The position numbers were made by a program, and so were the translations under genes. The notes under the pieces are model-generated. The model worked only from the letters and a program-made list of their open reading frames with translations, had not been told where the DNA came from and ran no database searches. From assembly GCA_004297205.1 (NCBI GenBank), contig SCUL01000001.1, positions 157,862 to 221,861 on the forward strand: DNA of 64,000 bases, read 5' to 3'. Below are positions 25,614 through 33,904 of this stretch, piece by piece (within the stretch, counting starts at the first letter, position 1; each line of letters starts with the position of its first letter). Origin of the DNA: Patescibacteria group bacterium (lineage in GTDB: Bacteria > Patescibacteriota > Patescibacteriia > 2-12-FULL-57-11).

Positions 25614-26018
25614 TTACTTGATAGTGACCTTGGCGCCGGCCTCTTCGAGCTTCTTCTTCATCGTCTCGGCCGTGGCCTTGTCGACGCCTTCCTTCATGAC
25701 CTTCGGAGCACCGTCGACCATGTCCTTGGCTTCCTTCAGCCCGAGCTGGGTGAGCTCGCGGACGGCCTTGATGACGTTGATCTTCTGCTCGCCGGCGGAG
25801 GTGATCTCCACGGAGAAGCTCGTCTGTTCCTCGGCAGCGGCGGCGCCGGCTCCCGGAGCTGCAGCCATCATCATGGCCGGAGCGGCGGCGGAGACGCCGA
25901 ACTTGTCTTCGAGGACCTTCACGAGTTCCGCAAGGTCGAGCACGGACATCTTCTCCACGGTCTCCACGAGGGCCTTGAACTTCTCGGGGACCACGACGTC
26001 TTTCTTTTCATCGGACAT
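25614..26018 (-). CDS. rplL: 50S ribosomal protein L7/L12
   Basis: 134 aa. Ala-rich hinge. C-terminal [12 protein letters not shown]...[12 protein letters not shown]. Confidence 0.95.
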   Translation of the reverse strand: MSDEKKDVVVPEKFKALVETVEKMSVLDLAELVKVLEDKFGVSAAAPAMMMAAAPGAGAAAAEEQTSFSVEITSAGEQKINVIKAVRELTQLGLKEAKDMVDGAPKVMKEGVDKATAETMKKKLEEAGAKVTIK

Positions 26019-26027
26019 AGTGCGGGG

Positions 26028-26549
26028 TTAGGCTTTTGATTCCTGAATGCGGGTGAGGACCGTGACGAGTCCGCGCAGGTTGCCGGCAAGGACGTTGACG
26101 AAGCCGCTGACCGGCGCGTTGAGGGTGCCGACGAGCTTGCCGAGCAGTTCCGTCTTGGACGGGAGCTTGGCCAGCGCCTTCACCATCGCAACGTCGATCT
26201 GCTTCCCCTCGAGGATCCCGCCTTTGATGACGAGCGCCTCGTGGTCTTTGGCGAACCCCGCGAGCACCTTGGCCGGCGCGACCTCGTCGGTCAGGCCGAT
26301 CACGGTGGCGAAGTTGCCATCGATCGTCTTGGGGTCCACGGTGACGCCGGCCGCAGCGAACGCCTTCTTCAAAAGCGTCTTCTTGGCCACGCCGTAGAAT
26401 ACCCCTTCCGCCTTGCACGCCTTGCGCAGCGCCTCGATCTCCTGGACCTTCAGACCCTCGTAGTTGGCGAAGACGACGGATTTCATCCCCTTCAACACCT
26501 CCGCGAGGTCCTGCAAGGTCGCTTCCTTCTGGGCACGCGACTTGGGCAT
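26028..26549 (-). CDS. rplJ: 50S ribosomal protein L10
   Basis: Start MPKSRAQKEATLQDLAEVLKG, collinear with L10. Track ORF has a 48-codon artefactual extension. Confidence 0.9.
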   Translation of the reverse strand: MPKSRAQKEATLQDLAEVLKGMKSVVFANYEGLKVQEIEALRKACKAEGVFYGVAKKTLLKKAFAAAGVTVDPKTIDGNFATVIGLTDEVAPAKVLAGFAKDHEALVIKGGILEGKQIDVAMVKALAKLPSKTELLGKLVGTLNAPVSGFVNVLAGNLRGLVTVLTRIQESKA

Positions 26550-26700
26550 ACAGTAGGTTTCGACCTTTAAATAACGAGCCGCCTGCGGAGACGCAGACGG
26601 CGGGCAATCCCCGCCAGTGGCGGGGTCCATGCCTGGGCGTACCACCCTTTCGGGAATCAAGGCCGTGTGGCCGGTCGCCGTCTTTGGCTTCACAGGTTTG
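26550..26700 (-). promoter_or_regulatory. rplJ promoter (TTGACG-17-TATACT) and structured L10-leader-like 5' UTR
   Basis: Minus-strand reading cttgacgccagggcggttcttttttatactg, then ~120 nt with hairpins (ccccgccactggcgggg; cgtctgcgtctccgcaggcgg) before the rplJ ATG. Confidence 0.35.
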
Positions 26701-26780
26701 GCAGCAGTATAAAAAAGAACCGCCCTGGCGTCAAGCCCCTCGTGGGACCTGACCGGACGGGTGCGACCGGCACGGCGACG

Positions 26781-27056
26781 CTACTCGGCGTCGACCCGCG
26801 TGCCGTCGTCGGACTGCTCTGCCATGTCGGCGCGGGCGACCACGCCGGAACCTTCCTCGGTCGCCAGAACGATCGGATCGAGCGGCGAACCCTTCTCCTT
26901 CTCGGCCCGGCTCTTCATGTGCAACACCTTGCGGTAGAGCGAGGCGAAGTCCTTCCGCCGGATGACGATCTTCGGATCGTACCCGCGCAGCAGACGCGAC
27001 AGGATGAACTCCATGACCGCGATCTCCCCCTCGCTGAAACTGTTACTGATTCGCAC
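26781..27056 (-). CDS. small hypothetical protein (possible wHTH)
   Basis: Track ORF MRISNSFSEGEIAVMEFILSRLLRGYDPKIVIRRKDFASLYRKVLHMKSRAEKEKG... No confident family. Two tandem hairpins follow at 27062..27120. Confidence 0.3.
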   Translation of the reverse strand: MRISNSFSEGEIAVMEFILSRLLRGYDPKIVIRRKDFASLYRKVLHMKSRAEKEKGSPLDPIVLATEEGSGVVARADMAEQSDDGTRVDAE

Positions 27057-27127
27057 AGGTCCTCCTGCGCGGCAGGCTGCCCTATCGGAGGCAGCCTGTC
27101 AACCCCTCCGTTCTCACGGACGGAGGG

Positions 27128-27363
27128 ATCAACGCGGCAGGCGGAACCGCTCGCGGATGGCGGTGCACGCGCCGTCGACGCCCACGTCGCAGAGGACGAC
27201 CTCCTCCGGATCCCAGACCTGCCCTCGCAACGACCCGAAGACCGGCTCAAGCCGCTCGGCGATGGCCGTCATGACCTGGATGGTCGGCATCGGCTTGAGC
27301 CGGCCGATCGTGACATGCGGAACGTACTCCTCGCCGCACGCCGCCCTGAAAAAACGAAACAGC
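27128..27363 (-). pseudogene. remnant of a 2H phosphoesterase (LigT-like) C-terminal half
   Basis: Open frame ...RFFRAACGEEYVPHVTIGRLKPMPTIQVMTAIAERLEPVFGSLRGQVWDPEEVVLCDVGVDGACTAIRERFRLPR* bounded upstream by TAG. HVTIG resembles the second HxTx motif. No in-frame start before the motif. Confidence 0.25.
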
Positions 27364-27366
27364 TAA

Positions 27367-27446
27367 ACCGATTGTGTCATCCCCGCGGAGGCGGGGATCC
27401 AGAAACACGGCCGATCTTTTTGGATTCCCACTTCCGTGGGAGTGAC
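27367..27446. repeat. variant copy E of the palindromic element family (TGTGTCATCCCCGCGGAGGCGGGGATCC ... GGATTCCCACTTCCGTGGGAGTGACACACA)
   Basis: Shares the TGTCATCC / GGATCC / GGATTC / TGACA termini with copies A-D, but with different internal hairpins. Lies just 3' of the SGNH surface-protein gene. Confidence 0.45.
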
Positions 27447-27465
27447 ACACATGAACGGATCGCCA

Positions 27466-30400
27466 TCAAAATCCCCTCCCGTCCCCCGGATACTGCACCG
27501 ACGCGGCGGCGGTTGCCGGATCGTAATCGGCGGGAGAAATGATGTCGCTGCCGAAGGCGTAGTTTCCGAAGAGGATATCGTTCACGTCGTCGACCATCCG
27601 GTTCCAATCGACGCCGTAAATCGTGGCCGCGATGAGTTCGGAGGTGATCCAGCGCAGGATGCCGCCCGAGGCCACGGCGTAGACCTTCGGATCCGTCAGG
27701 AACTTCACCGGGCGCGCGCCAGGTTTGTAGGTGACGTTTGCGCCGAGCGGAATCGTTGCGAGATCGACCGTGCTGACGATTCGAATTCCGCTGAAATCGG
27801 CGTACCAGGTGAAGTACACCTGCTCGTTCGGAAACGCATGGCGTTTGCCGTCAGTGCCGACGTAATATACGGCAGTGTTGTCCGGCGATTTGATGAGATC
27901 ATGGATCGAGACGCTGATGCGCTGGAGGTTGTCGAGCAGCGCGGAGCCGGAGGGAACCGGAGGCGTCGAGGTTGCGTGCGCAGGGACCTCCTCTTGAACC
28001 ATGAGGGAGATCCCGTCGGAAACGGCATCGGAAGAAGCCCCGCTCGCATTGTAAAACTTTGCATAGACCGTGTACGTGCCCGGCGCACATGCGGTCAGGC
28101 CCGAGCATAGGTTCCACAATTTTGTCGCGGCGTACGGTTCAATGCCGATGCTCGAGAAATCCGCGCTGTTCGAGATCGCCATGGTCGCCGTATCTGGTCC
28201 ACCAGTAAGCGCGAGCGTGACCGCCGTGCTCGTCGTGGATGCATCGCCGTTGTTGATCGCGACGGCGAAGCCGGTTGCGGGAGGTTGGGGCGGGGTTGAT
28301 GCAGGCACACTCACTCCTCCTCTTGCGGTGACCGTGATGCTTGTCGATGTGCTGTTTCCCCCATCGACGATGCGCAGCGTTCCCGGATAACTTCCGGCGT
28401 CGATCGTCAGCGTCGCGGCGGTGGCGGAAGTGATTCTCTGTGACGCAATGCGCGCATCCGGACTGCCGGTCAGAGAAAAGACGGGTGAACCCGGCGTCCC
28501 CGCGGTCCAGGACGTGTTCGTGCCGGTCAGTATCACTTCATTACCGATGGTTCCCTGAACCAAACTCGTCGGCGAAGCAGTCATGGAAGGAAGTTGCGCG
28601 TTGATCGCCGCTGCGAGGGCCGTGGCAATGGTCGAATGGCTCGGGGTATCCGGATGCGTCCCGTCCGTGGTCGTGAAACTGAATCCCGCTCCAAGATCCA
28701 ATAAATGGACTTTCGTATCCGTCGGGTTCGCGGCGACGTAGGCGTTGTAAGCGTTCGTGATGTTGGTGCGTTCGGTGCCGGCAAAAGGGACGGTGACGAA
28801 AATATGACACGCCGCGCCGGCCTCGGTGCGGGCCTGCCCGATGCGCGTCTGGACCGCAGATGAAATGGCGGCGCCTCCGTCATTCACGCCATGCACGATC
28901 AGCCAATAGGTCGGCGCCTGCGCCAACACCCCGCCGCTCAAACGGGAAACGCCATTGTAGTAGTAATCCACCGCGTTCGGATAGGTGGGGACGTTTCCGC
29001 TTCCCAACGTCGTCCATCCCTGTCCGCCATAACCGAGCTGCGCATATTCCACATTCATGAGGCCGGCCAGCACGTGCGGGTATGCCGCGGAAGCGCTGTT
29101 CCCTGCGATCGTGTCCGTCGCATCGACGCTTCGCAAACCTTCGGTGATCGAGTCGCCGTCAACCCGGAGCAGTTCCGAAAGCGTGCTTGGAGAAGAAGCG
29201 GAAGATCCGCTGTCGATGCTGAAACTCGTGATGTTTACCGGATTGACGGGCGTCGTCCATTTATCGATGAGCGTGGTGCCGCTGTACGGGGCACCCGAAT
29301 CGTATTCCAGTCGGAATGTGTGGGTGCCCGAGGAAAGACCGGCGGACCAATAGGTGCTCGTGGTAGTGTTCAACTGAGCCGTTGTCCATGCACCGCCGTC
29401 CACCGCATAACGAATGACGGGATACCGGGCCGCGGCGATGCCCGCCGTACTCAACGCCGACGTGTCGACGTTCACGCCGAACGTCGTGCCCGTAAAATTC
29501 GTTTTGAGATAGCTCCCCATGACAAGCATGAGGGCGTTCGTCGATCCGTTCACGTACACGTTATCCCTGCTCCAGTACAACGCGGCGTTATTCACCGCCA
29601 CGGAAGACTGGACCGGAATGACCGTGTAGGCGATCGACGCAGGATCGGTCAATGCCGGCGCGCTGGAGACGCTGATGGTATGGGGCGACCCGCTCACGCT
29701 GGAAGGCGTGTACGTGAACGTTTGTGTCGTGCTTTCCGCGCTCCACGTCAGGCTTGCTGGCGTAAACGACCCGGTCCCGCTTGTCGCCGGAGTGATGGTT
29801 CCCGTGTATATGCCGTTGGGGGTGACGCTAAAATTCGTCGAGGCGGCGTTCACCTGGCCAAGGATCGGACCACTGAACGTGTACGTGTTCGCGGTGGTTT
29901 CACTTGCCACGAAGTTGTCTATCACGAGTCCGGAACCGTCAGCGGCCGTGCCATAGAACTTCACTCCCGTTTTGCCGGCAGCGGAAATGGTCGAGTCCGT
30001 GACTGAAATTCTTTGCGTACCGTCGATCGTTACCGTCAAAGCAGACCCAGCGAGGGAAAATGTCGCATGATACGTGGTTGCGGGCGAAATCGAACTTGCC
30101 CATGACCCGAGCAAAACTCCGGACTCCAAGGCCGTGTAGTGATACAGGTACCAGGAACCGTCGTTATAGAGACAGAGCTCATAATGGGCTCCGGTGCCGG
30201 TGTTCATGCGGGCAAACCCGCATGCAATCACGGTCCCGCCGGGTACCGTGTTCACACGAACATCAAAATCCAAGGTGTAACCCGCCGTTGTCGGAACTCC
30301 GCTCGCGTAATACGTCGCCGTTCCCGCGCTGGTGGAACGAACCCGGTTACTGGAATCGATCACGGCAGTCCCTATTTGAGAAACCCAGGTAGCTCCGGTC

Positions 30401-30528
30401 TCGCCGGTGTGCGACGCGAGCGCCGTATTCGTAGTATCCGTAAACGTGTCACTGACGAAATTTACCGTCGACGCAAAAGCATGGCTGGGATGAAACAAAA
30501 AAATTGCCGATGAAACCGCAATCAGCAA
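27466..30528 (-). CDS. large secreted multidomain protein: ConA-like lectin/LamG-like domain, SGNH/GDSL hydrolase, Ig-like repeats, C-terminal domain
   Basis: TTG start with signal peptide LIAVSSAIFLFHPSHAFA. VDGDSITEG (GDS block I) ... DGTHPD (block V DxxH). Thr/Ser-rich repeats. 1020 aa. Confidence 0.65.
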   Translation of the reverse strand: MLIAVSSAIFLFHPSHAFASTVNFVSDTFTDTTNTALASHTGETGATWVSQIGTAVIDSSNRVRSTSAGTATYYASGVPTTAGYTLDFDVRVNTVPGGTVIACGFARMNTGTGAHYELCLYNDGSWYLYHYTALESGVLLGSWASSISPATTYHATFSLAGSALTVTIDGTQRISVTDSTISAAGKTGVKFYGTAADGSGLVIDNFVASETTANTYTFSGPILGQVNAASTNFSVTPNGIYTGTITPATSGTGSFTPASLTWSAESTTQTFTYTPSSVSGSPHTISVSSAPALTDPASIAYTVIPVQSSVAVNNAALYWSRDNVYVNGSTNALMLVMGSYLKTNFTGTTFGVNVDTSALSTAGIAAARYPVIRYAVDGGAWTTAQLNTTTSTYWSAGLSSGTHTFRLEYDSGAPYSGTTLIDKWTTPVNPVNITSFSIDSGSSASSPSTLSELLRVDGDSITEGLRSVDATDTIAGNSASAAYPHVLAGLMNVEYAQLGYGGQGWTTLGSGNVPTYPNAVDYYYNGVSRLSGGVLAQAPTYWLIVHGVNDGGAAISSAVQTRIGQARTEAGAACHIFVTVPFAGTERTNITNAYNAYVAANPTDTKVHLLDLGAGFSFTTTDGTHPDTPSHSTIATALAAAINAQLPSMTASPTSLVQGTIGNEVILTGTNTSWTAGTPGSPVFSLTGSPDARIASQRITSATAATLTIDAGSYPGTLRIVDGGNSTSTSITVTARGGVSVPASTPPQPPATGFAVAINNGDASTTSTAVTLALTGGPDTATMAISNSADFSSIGIEPYAATKLWNLCSGLTACAPGTYTVYAKFYNASGASSDAVSDGISLMVQEEVPAHATSTPPVPSGSALLDNLQRISVSIHDLIKSPDNTAVYYVGTDGKRHAFPNEQVYFTWYADFSGIRIVSTVDLATIPLGANVTYKPGARPVKFLTDPKVYAVASGGILRWITSELIAATIYGVDWNRMVDDVNDILFGNYAFGSDIISPADYDPATAAASVQYPGDGRGF

Positions 30529-30563
30529 ACCCGCGAAAAAAATCTCACGGCGCGAAATTTTTA

Positions 30564-30584
30564 CTCTCTCTCTCTCTCTCTCTC
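30564..30584. repeat. (CT)10 dinucleotide microsatellite followed by inverted AGAGAGAG
   Basis: tactctctctctctctctctctcaagagagacg, ~36-56 nt upstream of the surface-protein start codon. Confidence 0.85.
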
Positions 30585-30665
30585 AAGAGAGACGTTTCTA
30601 TGGCATTTTGAGGCATATCCTGAGTCGCTTCCTAAAATTATACACCGCGTTGCGGGGAAAAACTA

Positions 30666-31802
30666 TCAACAGATGGCGTCTGCGACCGCAGGCACGACTT
30701 TGGGATCGAAAATGTCCGGCATGATGTGCTCGACGTCGGGCGTCTCCACGACGGCGGCCAGGTTCCTGGCGGCCTGCGTGAGCATGTCGTCGGTGATGCG
30801 GCGGACGCGGTGGTCGAGCGCGCCGCGGAAGATGCCCGGAAAACCGAGCGCGTTGTTGATCTGGTTGGGAAAATCGGACCGGCCGGTGGCGACGATGAGC
30901 GCGCCGGCGGCCGCGGCCTCGTCCGGCATGATCTCCGGCGTCGGGTTGGCCAAGGCGAAGACGATCGGATCCGTGCGCATGGTGCGGACCATGTCGCCGG
31001 AAAGCGCGCCGGCCACGGACACGCCGACGAAGACATCCGCACCCTTCACGGCATCGGCAAGCGTGCCGGTGATGCCGCGCGGGTTGGTCCGTGCCGCGAG
31101 CTCGCGCTTGGCGTCCGTCAACCCCTCCCGGCCCGCGTGGATCACGCCTTTGCTGTCGCAGATCGTGAGATCGGCGACGCCGGCAGCGAGCAGCATCTTG
31201 GCGACGGCGACGCCGGCCGCACCGGCGCCGTTCATGACGACGCGGACCGCTCCCGCCTCCGCACCCTTCACTTTGAGCGCGTTCAAAAACGCGGCGAGGA
31301 CCACCATGGCCGTGCCGTGCTGGTCGTCGTGCACGACCGGGATGTCGAGAGCGTCCTGCAATCTCTTTTCGATGTCGAAACACTTCGGCGCGGCAATGTC
31401 CTCCAGGTTGATGCCGCCGAAGACCGGGGCGATCGCTTTCACGGCGGCGACGATCTCGTCGGGATCCTGCGTGGCCAGACAGAGCGGGAAGGCGTCGACG
31501 CCGGCCAGTTCCTTGAAGAGCACGGCCTTGCCTTCCATCACCGGCAGCGCCGCTTCAGGGCCCAGGTTGCCCAAGCCCAAAATGGCCGAGCCGTCCGTGA
31601 CGACCGCGACCATGTTGCCTTTCATGGTGTATTCCCAGACGCGCGTCTTGTCCTCGCCGATGGCCGTGGATACGGCGCCGACCCCGGGCGTGTAGACGCG
31701 GGACAGGGCGGCACGGTCTTTGACCGGCACCTTGCTTGCCACTTCGAGTTTCCCTTTGTGTGCGCGATGCAAATCCAGAGACTCTTGTGCGATGTCTGCC
31801 AT
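30666..31802 (-). CDS. NAD(P)-dependent malic enzyme (malate dehydrogenase, oxaloacetate-decarboxylating)
   Basis: 378 aa. Malic-enzyme N-terminal and NAD-binding domains (VVTDGSAILGLGNLG; GAGAAGVAVAKML). Confidence 0.85.
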   Translation of the reverse strand: MADIAQESLDLHRAHKGKLEVASKVPVKDRAALSRVYTPGVGAVSTAIGEDKTRVWEYTMKGNMVAVVTDGSAILGLGNLGPEAALPVMEGKAVLFKELAGVDAFPLCLATQDPDEIVAAVKAIAPVFGGINLEDIAAPKCFDIEKRLQDALDIPVVHDDQHGTAMVVLAAFLNALKVKGAEAGAVRVVMNGAGAAGVAVAKMLLAAGVADLTICDSKGVIHAGREGLTDAKRELAARTNPRGITGTLADAVKGADVFVGVSVAGALSGDMVRTMRTDPIVFALANPTPEIMPDEAAAAGALIVATGRSDFPNQINNALGFPGIFRGALDHRVRRITDDMLTQAARNLAAVVETPDVEHIMPDIFDPKVVPAVADAIC

Positions 31803-31834
31803 ATCGGTGTTGGGGCATGGCGCGCCATGCCCCT

Positions 31835-32518
31835 TCAGTGAATCACGGTGCCGGTGAAGGTGTTGCCGTCGATGACGTCGTCGAGGTTCTTGAGATTCTT
31901 GCCGTTGGCGATGACCACGGTCAGACCGATTTTCTCGGCGCTGCGGCTGGCGATCGGATCGAACGGCACGTGCGCGCCCGGATCCCAGCGGTTGCCGACG
32001 AGCTTGCGCAGTTCCTTCCAGCGCATCTCGCAGATCGGCCGCGCGTCTTCGTGTTCGCGCGGGTCCTTATCGTAGACGTAGTCGACGTTGGAGAGGTTGA
32101 CGAGCATCTTCGCGCCGAGCGCGCGGGCCAACAGCACGGCGTCGTAGTCCGTGGATGCGCCCGGCTTCCAGCCGGCGGCGACGAGCACCGGCGTCTTCCA
32201 GCCGCGCGCGCCTTTCGGATCCGTGACGACGCGGTGCGAGGCGAGCTTGCCGAAGGCGGTGCGCACCAGGTGCGCGTTCAGGCGCGTGGCGTGGATGCCG
32301 ATCCAGTCGAGCGCGTCACGCGTCAGTTCGCCCAGCTCCTTGGATGCGGCCTGGTATTCGCGCGCGGTTTTTCCGCCGCCGCAGATCAACACGAACCGTT
32401 TCCCTTTTTTGACCTGGCGTTGGACGAGCCTCCGGAAATCCGCGATGAACTTCGCATTGATCCCTTCTTTGGGGGCGATCAGCGATCCGCCGAGCGATAG
32501 GATGATCAGGTCTTTCAT
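31835..32518 (-). CDS. pyrH: amino-acid-kinase-fold protein, UMP kinase (archaeal-type PyrH)-like
   Basis: MKDLIILSLGGSLIAPKEG...FVLICGGGKTAREY. ~227 aa. Isopentenyl phosphate kinase is an alternative. Confidence 0.6.
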   Translation of the reverse strand: MKDLIILSLGGSLIAPKEGINAKFIADFRRLVQRQVKKGKRFVLICGGGKTAREYQAASKELGELTRDALDWIGIHATRLNAHLVRTAFGKLASHRVVTDPKGARGWKTPVLVAAGWKPGASTDYDAVLLARALGAKMLVNLSNVDYVYDKDPREHEDARPICEMRWKELRKLVGNRWDPGAHVPFDPIASRSAEKIGLTVVIANGKNLKNLDDVIDGNTFTGTVIH

Positions 32519-32856
32519 GACTCACGCAGCAGGGCGCTCGTGAGATACGAGACGGCCCACAGGATCAGCGCACCCCAGAAGGCCGGCATGAATCCGGCCA
32601 CGTTGAAGCCCGGCACGATGCGCGCCACCAGCCAGAACAGCAGGGCATTCAGGACGAAGGTGAAGAGACCGAGGGTCAGCAGGTTGATCGGCAACGTCAG
32701 GATCAAGAGCAGCGGCCGGACGATGGCGTTCATGAGGCCGTAGACGAGGGCCACGAGCAGCGCCGTGTAAAAGTCGCGCACGGCGATGCCGGGCACGACG
32801 TTGGCCACGAGCATCACTGCGAGCGTGTTCACGATCCAGCGGACGATGAGCATCAT
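32515..32856 (-). CDS. DUF360/YvlD-like small membrane protein (phage-holin-4-like family)
   Basis: Start MMLIVRWIVNTLAVMLVANVV. Four TM, 113 aa. Track ORF has an Arg/Ser-rich artefactual extension. Confidence 0.55.
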   Translation of the reverse strand: MMLIVRWIVNTLAVMLVANVVPGIAVRDFYTALLVALVYGLMNAIVRPLLLILTLPINLLTLGLFTFVLNALLFWLVARIVPGFNVAGFMPAFWGALILWAVSYLTSALLRES

Positions 32857-32860
32857 ATGG

Positions 32861-33112
32861 TCAGTTAAAAGGTTCTTCTTCGGAGGCCGGCGCGGCGTCC
32901 ATGAGGTCGCCGAACTTGGCCTTAATGGCGCTGACGCGGTTTTCGACCTCGCCGAGCCGCGCTTTGAGCTTGCGCGCCAGCTCCAACCCGCGCTCGAACT
33001 TGGCGAGCCCTTCTTCAAGGTCGATCTCCTCTTTTTCAAACCACGCCGTGATGGCTTCGAGCTCTTCGAAGGCCTGCTGGACGTTGAGCTTTTTCTCGGT
33101 TTTGGATGCCAT
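32861..33112 (-). CDS. xseB: exodeoxyribonuclease VII small subunit
   Basis: MASKTEKKLNVQQAFEELEAITAWFEKEEIDLEEGLAKFERGLELARKLKARL. Typical XseB helical hairpin. Confidence 0.75.
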   Translation of the reverse strand: MASKTEKKLNVQQAFEELEAITAWFEKEEIDLEEGLAKFERGLELARKLKARLGEVENRVSAIKAKFGDLMDAAPASEEEPFN

Positions 33113-33169
33113 AGACCGCACTACTCTACACCTCCCCGTGCGGCGCTGACAATAAAAAAGGCGGCTCCC

Positions 33170-33898
33170 TCAGGGAGACCGCTTTCGCGTCCAGGCCTTC
33201 TTGACCGCGGCCGGGACGCGCGCCAGAACCTTCTCGATGCGCCCCTTCTTCTTGCCGCGGCAGAGCCACGCTCCGAGCCGCCCCTCGCCGCTCACCACCA
33301 GAAAATGGACGCCGAAGGCCCGACCGGCCGGAAGACCGAACTCCTGGTCCGTCAGCCATCCCTCGTAGGCCGCGATCAGCGCTTTGGCGGCGGTCGGGAC
33401 CGTCCGTTTCGTGCGCGGACGCCGCTCGAGACGCCGCTTGGCGCGCCACAGGAGCCGCATCTCGCCGCCGATGCGCTTCACGAGCGCCTCGAGGTCGATG
33501 CCGTTGCGCGGCGCGCACCGCACGAACGAGGGATCGGCGGCCAGCAGGTAGCTGAGCGCCCAGGATTTTCCCGCCGGTTTCCCGTTTCCGGCATCGGTCC
33601 GCCACGCCTCGAACAGCTCCTTGAGCCGCTTGACCGCGGACCTTTGCGTCCAGCTGCGGTAGCCGCGCGCCTTCCAGGCCTTTCGCACCGCGTCGGGGAC
33701 GAGCGCGAGCGCGGCGTCGAACAGGCCGTCGTCACGATGCTGGCCGTGGACCTGTCGCTGGCCGATCATGACCAGGTACGCGGGGTTGAACGGTCGTCTG
33801 GCGGCCTTGCCCGTTTTGGTGTCCAGCAACCAATGCGCGTGCGCGGCCGTCAGGCGCTCGGCAATGAGCTCGGGCGTCCACTTCGTCCATGTCGGCAC
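33170..33898 (-). CDS. hypothetical protein with internal tandem duplication (two ~100-aa repeats), basic
   Basis: Repeat 1 ...AERLTAAHAHWLLDTKTGKAARRPFNPAYLVMIGQRQV...VPDAVRKAWKARG. Repeat 2 ...KALIAAYEGWLTDQEFGLPAGRAFGVHFLVVSGEGRL...VPAAVKKAWTRKR. Sits between xseA and xseB. Confidence 0.55.
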   Translation of the reverse strand: MPTWTKWTPELIAERLTAAHAHWLLDTKTGKAARRPFNPAYLVMIGQRQVHGQHRDDGLFDAALALVPDAVRKAWKARGYRSWTQRSAVKRLKELFEAWRTDAGNGKPAGKSWALSYLLAADPSFVRCAPRNGIDLEALVKRIGGEMRLLWRAKRRLERRPRTKRTVPTAAKALIAAYEGWLTDQEFGLPAGRAFGVHFLVVSGEGRLGAWLCRGKKKGRIEKVLARVPAAVKKAWTRKRSP

Positions 33899-33904
33899 GT
33901 CGTG

